A stretch of DNA of 58,419 nucleotides, the filler included, from Dimargaris cristalligena (Eukaryota): assembly GCA_003614675.1 (NCBI GenBank). It is 5 parts of 5 records of this genome, joined end to end, with 100 filler letters (N's around TTAATTAATTAA, not from the genome) between each part and the next. Parts side by side here need not be neighbours in the genome. Positions count along the whole stretch, not along the records: positions 46,833 to 58,419 come from ML003103.1; 4 more parts are not named here. One strand, written 5' to 3'. Shown here one piece after another: positions 48,120 through 58,419 of the stretch. Below the pieces are notes generated by a model that had not been told where the DNA came from, searched no databases, and was given only the letters and a program-made list of their open reading frames with translations. How positions within the stretch are numbered: position 1 is the first letter of the stretch; each line of letters opens with the position of its first letter. The translations under genes and the position numbers were made by a program.

Positions 48120-51017
48120 TTACGTAAGTTGGGTCTCGAGAAGTACACGACGCCAGAGTTTGCGCACAAAATTGGGCGTATCCTCGTCAAGGGCCTATAT
48201 TAAATTAAAATAACAAGTGATGGAACGGTGGGATAAGCGTAGGCGAGTAAGGGGGGGTTTGAATTAATAGAGCTCATAAACCGAAGTGGGCTCATTAGTT
48301 GAAAGGATGGATAGTAATTTAGTCGACATTAGTCTAATTTCACCTGGCTCTTTCCCTCTTGGGCCGTTGGGCAATTACTACTTACCATTTCAAGCTCTTC
48401 GATTAGTCCAGCGGCTGGTTGATGTCCTTTAAGGTGGCCTATAATGAAGAGTAATAGCTCATCCACTGCTTCGGAGTCTCCTTCGCCCAAATATTGAACG
48501 AAAAGTTGCCGAATGAATGGCTCGATATGCTCAGTTAGAGCGCCCTATCAAAAGATGGCATTTTTTTTAAAAAAAAGTATGAGAGCCCGTTATTAGTAAG
48601 TGCCAATTTGAGCTAGCCAATTGCTACATGTATATACACGGGGGTGAGCTGCTAGGCTAGAAGGAAACCATATACACCCGTCCTTCCGAAGTTTGCACCT
48701 AATCCAGTGAAGAAGCCAGTAGAGATCATGAACCTTAACAATAAATAAAAGGCAGCACTTACCTCTGACAGTTTGTCCCATGTGACCGTGGCCGACTGAA
48801 GCTCATCGAAGGATTCTGGAATCGACTGGATAATCTGAATGGATTGGGCGGTTCGCAAGTCTTCTGGAAGACTTTCGAGTAACAGCTGGTCATCGGCTGA
48901 TAACGAAGGAGCCGTAGGTGCAACTTCACTGACAGAATCGGCTGTCTCTTCAGGGTTCGGCAACTCGGTCACAGCATCTGCTACATTGGACGAACTAGCT
49001 AAAGGAACTGAGGCCCCTTCGCTAGCTGGTTTGGGAGCTGATTCTTCAACCACAGCAACCGCGTCTAGCCGCTCCTTCTCTTCGGCTGCCCGGTCCTTGG
49101 CATCCTGGGCCAACTCATTTTCCCGCTTTTCCTTGCGGTAGTGCCACCAACGCTCTCTGTGTCCAAGCAATGAAAAGTAAAATAAATATAGTGATAATGT
49201 GAGTCCTGGTGAATCGATGTTCCAACCAACAACAGTCTTATTGGGACTTACCAAAATCGCTATACCCAGCCGGTAAGAGTATAATAATTACTCTGACCAA
49301 TATGGGAAATAATACAAAAAACTTACCTATCATAGTAATAATCCTCTTTCCTGGAGGCGCGTTCCTCCTCTTCATCCCAATTAGCCAATCGCTGCTGTAA
49401 TTTGGCGGCATCCGTTTCCTTTTTCCGTTCCAAATGGTCTAATTTTTCCAAGTCGTGTTCGAGTTGGTGTAACCGTTTTCGTTCCCGGCGTAGAAACCGA
49501 CGCTCCCGATCGTTGAACGCATCCGCCTGTTCGGCTTCGTACCGCTTTTTCAGACTATGGGAAGGGGATGATAATAACGCAACTGATGACGAGGAAATGG
49601 TTCGGGGCCGTCCCCGTTCCCGACTGGGAGAGCGGGAGCGGGTCTGGGATTGCGACCGAGAGTGGGAATAGGACCGGGACCGGGAGCGTGTGGACTTTCG
49701 GGAAGCGGACTCGCGGGCGGACTGGGGTGTCGCATCAACTGGGGTCGCTGGCGTCGCTACCGAAGCGGTCGATCCAATTTCAGCGCTTAGGTTACGCAGA
49801 AAGTCAACGGTCGATGATTCTACTGAATCGGGTGGGGAGGAATCCTTCGGCTGCTCAGCAGCCACCGCATTGGTGGGTGGGGCCGATGCTTCTTCAGTAG
49901 CCTGGGGCAGAGGCGACGGGGCCATCCCCCCCACTCCCCCCCGACCCGCCAAGGCATGCAGACGCGCCAATATGTCCTTGATTTCCGCCCGGGCTTTGGT
50001 ATCAGCCTCCGCTTGACTCTCCCCTTCGGCCTGGCGACTGGCCGCATCATTGAGAAACGCCCGGGTTTTATCATCGGCTTTGACCACCAAATGCTTACTT
50101 ACCGCCTCGGGTTTGAGACTGGGTAGTTGGATGCCGGCACTGGAGGCGGGGGCAGTGGTACCACTACCCGGTGGGGGGTTATCCCGGGAATCCGGTTCGT
50201 TGCCCAGTACCCGCAGGGCCCGGAGGGTACTTTCGGCGTTCTCGTACTCCGCGAAGCCGAAGCCCTTGGGATTACCATTTTGATCAGCGGTCCGTTTCCA
50301 ACTCTTGAGGGGCCCACAGGCGACGAGCAACCGTTCCACCCAGTTGTCGGAGATGCCTTCCGAAATGCTACCAATGTATAGGGTGGTGGACCGTTCAACC
50401 ACTAGAGCGGTGGAGGGGGGCGCCTGGGCCATGGATCGATGCCCGCGCTGGGGGTGGTGATACGAGCGGGCGGACTGCGCTGGGTGGTGTGGACCGGCGC
50501 CATGCCCTGGGTACGGGGCCGACGGTGGTGGTCCATACCCGGGTGGGCCGGGATGATAGGGGGGTGGCCGGCCGTAGGGCCCCGCTGAACCTGGGGCAGA
50601 GGGGGGATAAGACCCGGTATTTTGGCTGTGCAACTGCGGGCGACGATACGAACGCCCCGACGAGTTATACGACGATTGGCCTGAGCGCGACCCTGGATTG
50701 ACCCATTGGTGGTGGCGGTGATAGTATCAGTATGTGAAATAGAATGATTTCAAGTAGCCGTAGTCAAACATTAAATAAGCGGTTAATAGGGCAAGTCCGA
50801 AGGAGAGCGGTAGAGTATGAAAATTGGGGGCAGCACCAAGTAAAAGGCAGGAACGGGGCCCGGGCATAACGAGGAGTTCTGTTATGCATCAGGTACATGC
50901 ATCGTTGAAAAGACGAAAATGGGAGTCGCCAAACAACGATACAGAAGGGGGGGAAGAAGGACCTGTTGATAGGGTCAGTCAGCGCTTACCGCTGGGATGG
51001 GATCGATGGGGCTGCAT
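48120..51017 (-). CDS. SNU71: U1 snRNP-associated RBM25/Snu71 homolog (RRM, RS/ER-rich region, PWI), ~673 aa; exons 51017..50990, 50692..49327, 49156..48763, 48544..48386, 48194..48120
   Basis: RRM TLYIGSISEG...LLVACGPLKSWKR...PKGFGFAEYE; WDEEEE...DYYYDRERWW motif; spliced PWI IEPFIRQLFVQYLGE...LIEELEM|ALDEDTPNFVRKLWR. All introns are GTAAG..AG and phase-consistent (2022 nt). Confidence 0.9.
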
Positions 51018-52245
51018 TGCTTGAATCGGCCCTTAGGAAAACGGAAAAAAGGAACAGGTTAATTTCGGACTGGGGAATAGAGAACGCGTTGGGCTGTGGG
51101 CGCGAGAGTTGGGAACGAGTAAATGAGGGTTTGCTATTTTTATCTATATAAAAAACCCCGAATAAAAGGGGGGTGGAGAGGCTATGCTAAACTGTGGTTT
51201 AATCGTGCCTGGAATACCAATTCGCTATCCTTGTATTGATAAAGATCGGGTCGGAATGCAAACTGAAAATAAATAAGAAAGACCAGTATAAGAGAAGGTA
51301 AGTGGCATGAACTTGGGATTGGCCAGTGGTTTCCTGTTAGAAAGGAAATCTAAAATTACTCACGCCAATAGAGAGGCACATTCCATAATAATAAACCAGC
51401 TAGGATGGTCGCTTGGGCAGCCCGTTTAGGCTGGATAGGCATGAATACGTGTTACCTGGTCTCTTCTGGATATGGCTTGTTTAGGACCTTCGCCAGCTCT
51501 GTTCTTTCCTGTTTGAGTTACTTTAATACCCTCACATTGGCCATACAATATCTATATTTAATAGTAGGCTTAGTACAGTAGAAGACGTCGGTCTGAATAA
51601 AAGGATTCTATTTAGATGGCAGCTTTGCTAAAAATAATAACAGGAAACATGAACCAAGATGGTTAGAATAGTATGGAAGTGATTTGTCGATACTAGTAGG
51701 TAAATGTCAGAATCCCCGTAAAATGCACATAATGTATAGCACAAGGGTATGACAATGTGGAGGAATAATGAATGGGAGCGAAAAGTAAGTGATTGAATCA
51801 AGAAAGAAGAAAATAGACAGAAATAGGCACTGGTTCTAGAGGGTCGCTTAACTATGGGAACCCTTTAGTTCAGGTATGAGTATATAAAACATTGAACCGC
51901 CCAGGAAATATAGAGCTCAAGTACTAACTTGAAATGTGTTACGCGACTTGGGCCCTGTATCCACCCAGTAACGGACAGTGGCGCCGCCTCGTCTTTTACC
52001 CCGACTTCCCGACGGTGGTAATCCAGCAAGCTTAAAACCAGTTTAGCCACGATACGGTTGCGCCGCCTTCGGTAACAAAGGGCTGAGAACACCCCATTTG
52101 GCGTAGACTACGCCCCCCGTGTTTGTACACAATAGAAAATGGGGGTAGACGGAGAGGGTGGTAAACAAATATATTGAGGTAAAATTCCGACAGTGGCACC
52201 TCCAGGCGGGGGGGGGGCATAGCCAGTAGGATATTTCGCGGGTGG

Positions 52246-54098
52246 CTAGTTTTGGGCCTGGGACTGGGCCTGCAGTATTTTTCTATAAGGAGCCATAGAG
52301 AGTGGAGGGGACATGTACAAGGGCCGTTGGGCAGTATAATATGGTAAAGTATATAATATTATATAAGTTAGTAGAGCATTCCCTTTAGAGGCGAGTTTTT
52401 TAATCAGGCGGATAACACAGGTTGCTTTTTCAGTTCGATGAGTAAATCCAGGCTGACTGTACAAATACCCATCTAAGAAAGGGAATTCAGGCCAAGCATG
52501 GGGCAGATATCGATAAATGGATGGGGCAACAAGAGGGAATATCGGACTTGGAGGCAGTAGCCCCACCCCAATGAATCGACCACTTACTTCCGGGCCTGCA
52601 GAATCATGAGTTCTTTCCGGCGTTGGAGCTGGTTCTGGCGCTTTTGGGCGTCCGATTCCCACGTATAAACCGGCGGGGCGTTGGGCAGAGGGGAGTTGAG
52701 TTTGCCGTTGAGTTTGAACCGCTGGACCAGGGATTCGCCGGTGTGGTTCCCTTGGAACCCCGAAGCACTCGCGCTCGCGGCACCGGCGGTCGCTCGGTTG
52801 GACGTGGAAGCACTAGACGGGTTGGATTGGGATGGCTGAGTGGGGGCCGCAGCGTGGCTCGGGGCGGTCATGCCAGGGGGCTAGAGGAAGCAAGTAATAT
52901 TAATCATACATAAAAATCGAATATCCAAATGGGCATGAGATAGGTGGCCAAACTGAGGGGCTTCTATGGGTTTATTCGGGATCCGCCCTAATGAGGCTTG
53001 GAATGATACCAATGACAATAACGATCCAAGGCTAAGTATTGCCCCGACCTTGACCGCCATGGTTTCAGTCTCGTAGTGGATAATGGACTGGATTAAAGGG
53101 AGAAGGGCAAGGCTGGTTACATTACCCAGTTACATAAAAGACTGTCCCTGGTATAAAGAGGCAATCCCTTTTGACACTACCCTTATGGATTTCCTTGTCA
53201 ATAAGCTGGGGGTCAATGCACTCTCGCTATATACAATCTTCTCATAGACTATTACCCCATTATCACGGCCCCAAACCCCCAGGAACGTAGGAGGGATGGG
53301 GAGGAACATGGGAAGCAATGGTGCTAGAGGCACCCGGAAAAGCCCATGGGGTCGATTCGGGCCTATCACATATCAGGTGTACTTACCAGTGGAAGGCGGC
53401 CATCACGAAGGATGTTATCGCAGGTAATTTCGACGGACCCGGTGCGGGCTAGGTCAGCATAAACGGCGGCCTCGGGGATGTTGGGGAACATGGCATGGAC
53501 ACTGGCCACCTACAGTCCACCATTATTATTATCACCATCAGCAGTATAGTATTGGCATAAAAATAGAGTGTACAGTGAGGAAATTAATGGGGCAAGCGAA
53601 GAATGAGAGCCGATATTTCAGAATAGGCGAGTTAGGACGGGTGTGCGACAATCATTCTTATTTGGACCGGAAATAATGCCAACTGGTAACCGCAGTACGG
53701 CCTAGGGACAATAAAAGACTTACCATTTCAGCGGTCACCCGGTGCCGACCAGGCGGTGCACCAGCACCGGCCGAATCGCTGTCCGAGCCATCGGAGCCTA
53801 AAGGGGCAGGTGATCCAATCAGTAGGAGAGACATGGGGAGGAAAGGTAAAGGGCGGTTAGTTGGAAGGGAAACGAGGTGGGTGGCCTTTGCCTGCATACA
53901 TAGGATAGGCTTTGGCCATCGGTGAGTGAACGGGGGGGGCGTTTAGTGTTCGAAGGAATAAGGTTTGGGCGGGCTGGTCAGGCGGTGGGGGTTGGGCTGA
54001 GCATATAGACAGTGGTGGTGGGCTATTTACTTACCCAGGAGCCATTTGAAGACGAAATAAAGGATAACGGCCGAAACGACCAAGCTGACTTCGCTCAT
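52246..54098 (-). CDS. CUE1: ER-anchored CUE-domain Ubc7 cofactor (Cue1/Cue4-like), 196 aa; exons 54098..54035, 53797..53724, 53509..53387, 52880..52588, 52282..52246
   Basis: N-terminal TM MSEVSLVVSAVILYFVFKWLLG; CUE domain VTAEM|VASVHAMFPNIPEAAVYADLARTGSVEITCDNILRDG; C-terminal E2-binding helix KRQNQLQRRKELMILQARKKIL. Four GTAAGT..TAG introns, phase-consistent (591 nt). Confidence 0.88.
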
Positions 54099-55144
54099 AG
54101 AAATGGTGGTGGTGGGTTGGTTAACGGCGCAATAGTTCAAGTTACAGGGCCTCGAGGAAGTAGTAGATAATAACGCAAGTTGTATAGAAAGGAGCTTGGC
54201 GCAATGGAAGCTGACTGGGGAGTGGGTTTATAAAACAAACAAGACTAAAGTGAATAGAATCGGGAGAAAAAGGGATGGAGAAGAATATGGGCGTTGGACA
54301 GAAGAAACCGGCTGGTGTGGAGGGAGAAGGAAAGAAGAGAGGAGGGAGAGTGGGAAAGGAGAGAGGATACCTTCACCGTACGCCTAGAAGAGAGAGTCAG
54401 CCCCCTCCTATGTGTATATCTGGCTGGGATTGGGTTCATTAGGAACTAGAGGACCACCACCTTTAATAATATCCCCCCACCAAATGGGCCACATTAAGTG
54501 CTTTACAAGCCAAAATAGTCTAGGTTCGTCTTCGCCGATTTCCCTTCTCACAACTGGTATATATATATATATATATAGTCGCATAAGGGTCAGCAATCGC
54601 ATCGACAACACATACATATAGAGAGATACACTGCTGTTGTGTTCACCCCGCCAATCTATATAAAAATATTGGGCAGCCCTTTTTACCTGGTCTCGTCTCC
54701 TCATGACTAATTATTAATCGAGAATCAACTCCGGTTAGTATACTCACATAGATACACTCCAAACTGGTGCAAATCGAAGTCGCTAGTGCACTTAATGACG
54801 CACCTGTGCACACCCCCCCTCCACATATTATGATCCGTCGAGGATTATCAATTACCGGGCGAGAGGAACTTCCCGGACTCGGACTGCCATCCCCCACGCG
54901 CCCCTTCGTCATTCAAGCTGCGTTGGTCAAAGAAAACCGGGCATCCTACCAGGCTGGGCCATCACCGATGCATAGTAGCAGGATGCGACACTTTAGGTGC
55001 AACGGCGTCTCGTCTCCCCCCACCTACCTTTAATCCCCCGCCCCCTACTGTGAACCTGGGCAATATATATTGCGCCACTAGGTAATTTATCACAAAATAA
55101 AGGGAGGTGCTAACAGAAGAGGAAAATACAAGGTCAATGCCATG

Positions 55145-55176
<32 letters not shown>
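55145..55176. repeat. (CTA)10 microsatellite in the CUE1/ASH1 divergent intergenic region
   Basis: Perfect trinucleotide run. Confidence 0.85.
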
Positions 55177-55177
<1 letters not shown>

Positions 55178-55431
55178 GAGCAGTACAGTACTGGAAGACG
55201 CGGAGGGTATTCTGTTTACTCAATGGTACTAGCCAACCCTAGATAAAACCTCCTTCCTTTCCAACCCAAACACAGCCACCAGCCCCTTCTTGGGAGAGGG
55301 TGCTCTATACAATCGCGGCTGGAAGCCAGCGAGTTTGAGAGTAGTATACTTGTGGCCTCTACTAAATTTGGCCCCCATTCGTCTCATTGTCCCTTTACTC
55401 AGTCGTATTCCTCTTTATTTATTTTTTAGCC

Positions 55432-58118
55432 ATGTTGACGCGTCGCCATTCCAGGTCCACTGCTGGCCTAAGTCCCAAACGCCTCCGCATATCGGAAGAG
55501 AATGCCCTGCCGTCGACCCAACCCGAAGTGGTCCAGCGGCGCGCATCCCTACGCGTCCGGTCCACTTACGCCAAAATCGTGGCCATCACTACCACCACCC
55601 CCTCGGCGCATTCCACCACCACCTTTTCACCCCAGCGCCGTCGCTTAAGGATCCCCCTGCAGCCCTCGCGCCCAACCCCCAACCCGCCACCGGCCAGTAG
55701 TCCTACGCCCCGACAACTCCCACCCGCTGTTGTCCTCTCGGGTCGAAACCGAAGGAAACGACCCAAACTAGCCGCGAACGGCGGCAAGCCGTTTCTCCGG
55801 GCGGGACTGTACTCCCAGCAGTTTAAAACTGATCCCCACCGCCCCTTGAACTCGTCCCGACCGACTGGATTATTGGCTCCGTCGGCGGTCGGTCTCGGCC
55901 ACCTGGCACTGCCAATTCACTGGGGGGAAACTTTACTCCAAACCCCCTCCGACTTTCAACTCCCGTACACTATTTACCAGGATTGGGTCGAAGAACGACT
56001 CGGTCGGTACAAGAAGCCCCCGCCGTTCACCAAAATTAATCAGAGTAAGTAGTTCACTGATACTATGCTCTTTAAGTCGCTATACTACATGCCAGTGAGA
56101 CCTAGCCGACGCCGGCTTGGCCGAGTTTGATTGCGCAGCATGCTGCCATTGGTTCGGCCCAGTATAGTTCAGTTCAGGGATTCCGGAGAGCACCTACTTA
56201 TTCGCCTAACCCTTCTCACTTGTCCTGTTTTAACGGTACCTACACAGACATATTCGTTGACCGTAAGAGACGAACCGATCCACATCCCTCCATCTGCCAG
56301 TGCGATCCCGAGCAGGACTTGGGGTGCGGCCCTAATTGTATAAATCGGTAAGTGGACCACGGGGTTGGATGCTTCGCAATGCAATACCGCTGCTTCAATA
56401 TGCCACTGGTGGGAAATCGCCGTATTGAACTTGCCAAGTATGGTTATGTCATGGCTATTTTGGTATTGTGCAATTTTGAGGTTGTGTAGCCTCTACCGTG
56501 CCATCTAACCCCATAGACAAGTTAACGTACACCTCATGCATGTATCACCCAGGATGTTGTTTTACGAGTGCTCGCCCAAGAACTGCCCGTGTGGCGATAA
56601 ATGTACAAACCAGATCATTCAAAAGCGACAAATGCAGAGCAAATTAGAAGTATTTTGGGTAAGTTGCGGCTTCGCCTAAATTCACTATTATTGTACTCGC
56701 GCTAGGTTAGGGATATATACCGCTGTACGATGGATTGGTGCCATTCTAGGAATTGAAGACTACCGGTCTAATTACTAGTACCTCGGATGTATAAAATTTT
56801 ATATCGATACGCCAATAGAGTGGTGCCCGTGGATTTGGGCTTAAAACCAAGGAAATGCTACCGCGAGATACGTTTATCATGGAATACCGCGGTGAAATTA
56901 TCTCCAGCCAGGAATGCCTGCGCCGAATGACCTGTTCATATCAGAACAATTGCCATTATTATTTCCTCGACTACCATCAGGGTGAGATGCTCGACGCCAC
57001 CACCAAAGGGAGCATCCTCCGATTTGCGAACCATAGGTAAGTAAGGTATAGTCTAATTAGAATGTCGTCCTGCCAAGTTAGCCGAGCTGCAAGGAAATTA
57101 TGGACGGACCCAAAGGTCGAGTCTTAAAAACATGCTAGTAAATGGGGTTGGGGTTGACTCGGGGTTTTCAAATTGGTTGGCTGCCCAACCCACGCCCCGG
57201 GTACCGGATGTGGTAGAATAATGACGTATATTTTGGCAGGCGGTCATTGAATGGGTTAGTTTACTAATGCAGGGACTATTCTTTAAGAAAGATTATGCCA
57301 GGGAATCCATGCAGCTTTACGTTGTCTCCTTAGTGATCTATCTAGGTTGCTTAGAAAGGGTCAGACGTAGCCCCACGAGACCAGTTGTTGATGGGTAGTA
57401 CCGCCGAGTATTTGCCCGTGCCATGACATCATCCCCTGAATCCATGGCCCGTCTAATTAACCGGATTTATATAATTGGTATATATATATATATTTATATA
57501 ATTATTATTATTCCTATTATTACTGAAAATGCCTTCCCGCGACATGGTCCAATCCCTTTCAGCTGCGAACCCAACTGCCGCATGGAGAAATGGTAAGGAA
57601 TGGCTCTTCTCCCCATTGGAACCATTGGCGGAAATAAGCCACCGGTGCAACTTGCAGTGGCCTCTGACTCCTTTTTTGCAGGGTTTACCCACACTCTATA
57701 GCCTTAAGCGATCTTGGGAGATATACGACACACTTAAAGTATTGATACTCAATCAATGGATCGTGTTCTTATTGTAGACTAACCCGACATCCCTTCTCCC
57801 CTATTTCCCCCGTTATACCTTATGCATAACGCCCACTCTCTGTTTCCTCCTCCTTGATGCACCTGGCTCCTTTTGGGTTAATATCGGCACGCTTACTTAC
57901 TTTCTCGCTCCCTTGGACACCTTCATATCCTTATTGATACCCAAAGGAAAATCAACGGAGAATACGCCATTGTCATGGTGGCCGACCGGGACATTCCGGC
58001 GGGCGATGAACTCGTCTACGACTATAACTACAGTATGTTAACATCCACCGACGAGGCCCCGCGCTGCCTGTGTGGATCAACCCAGTGCCGCCAGGTGATC
58101 GCGGCCAAAGGAGCATGA
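55432..58118 (+). CDS. ASH1: ASH1-type histone H3K36 methyltransferase (AWS-SET-postSET), ~412 aa; exons 55432..56044, 56248..56347, 56553..56658, 56819..57036, 57563..57592, 57947..58118
   Basis: FLRAGLYS and LPIHWG...DFQLPY (ASH1 pre-AWS motifs); AWS CQC..GCGPNCINR.LFYEC..NCPCGDKCTNQ; SET RGFGL, EYRGEII, RFANHSCEPNC, GDELVYDYNY; postSET CLCGSTQCR. Introns are phase-consistent (1239 nt). Confidence 0.92.
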
Positions 58119-58269
58119 TCCAGCACCCGTCGTGTAGCCGAATTCCGCTAATGAACCGGACCAGGATACCCCAGTCATTTTAGTATTATTATTTGTAATT
58201 AAGACTGACTATTATTGTGAATTTGAATTTAGATTTGAATTTCCGTAGGCATCATTATTTAGGATGGGC

Positions 58270-58419
58270 CCTTTGAGCGGGTATCACCGGGAAAACGAAA
58301 GATGCCGTTATTTAAGATACGCCCAGTAATTCGATTAATGGGACTAGCATATGGCAGAAGTTCATCCAGGCTGTATAACGAATAATCCATTTGATGAGGT
58401 AAATATTACTGGTCAAAAG
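58270..58419 (+). repeat. Second copy of the 46-codon repeat family found at 35513..35960, running off the contig end
   Basis: 58351..58419 translates as MAEVHPGCITNNPFDEVNITGQK and aligns without gaps to 35819..35884 (MGEIQPGCIIKNPLDEVKPTG*). A weaker preceding unit reads PFERVSPGKRKMPLF. Confidence 0.7.

Overview
Eukaryotic fungal genomic DNA with GT-AG introns. The gene content suggests an early-diverging, non-Dikarya lineage, possibly Zoopagomycota; this is an inference. The window is not one locus: it is five contigs of steadily decreasing length (11620, 11613, 11609, 11590, 11587 bp) joined by artificial N44-TTAATTAATTAA-N44 spacers, so synteny across the spacers is meaningless. Contig 1: orphan acidic repeat protein, 2-exon orphan 7TM protein with an ectodomain, and a hotdog-fold thioesterase. 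Contig 2: 2-exon orphan secreted protein, mitochondrial PDK/BCKDK-family kinase, and PSO2/SNM1. Contig 3: MedA (medusa) regulator and the 5' part of a GH81 beta-1,3-glucanase. Contig 4: decayed 46-codon tandem repeat, SMC5 and cytosolic MetRS. Contig 5: 3' end of RAB3GAP2, RBM25/SNU71, CUE1 and a compact ASH1-type SET gene. I found no rRNA, tRNA, CRISPR array or intact transposon. The most interesting items are the orphan receptor-like 7TM protein, the dispersed 46-aa coding repeat relic on two contigs, the orphan secreted and acidic-repeat proteins, and animal-like motifs retained in ASH1 (FxLP) and RAB3GAP2. I cannot demonstrate a complete new system from sequence alone.
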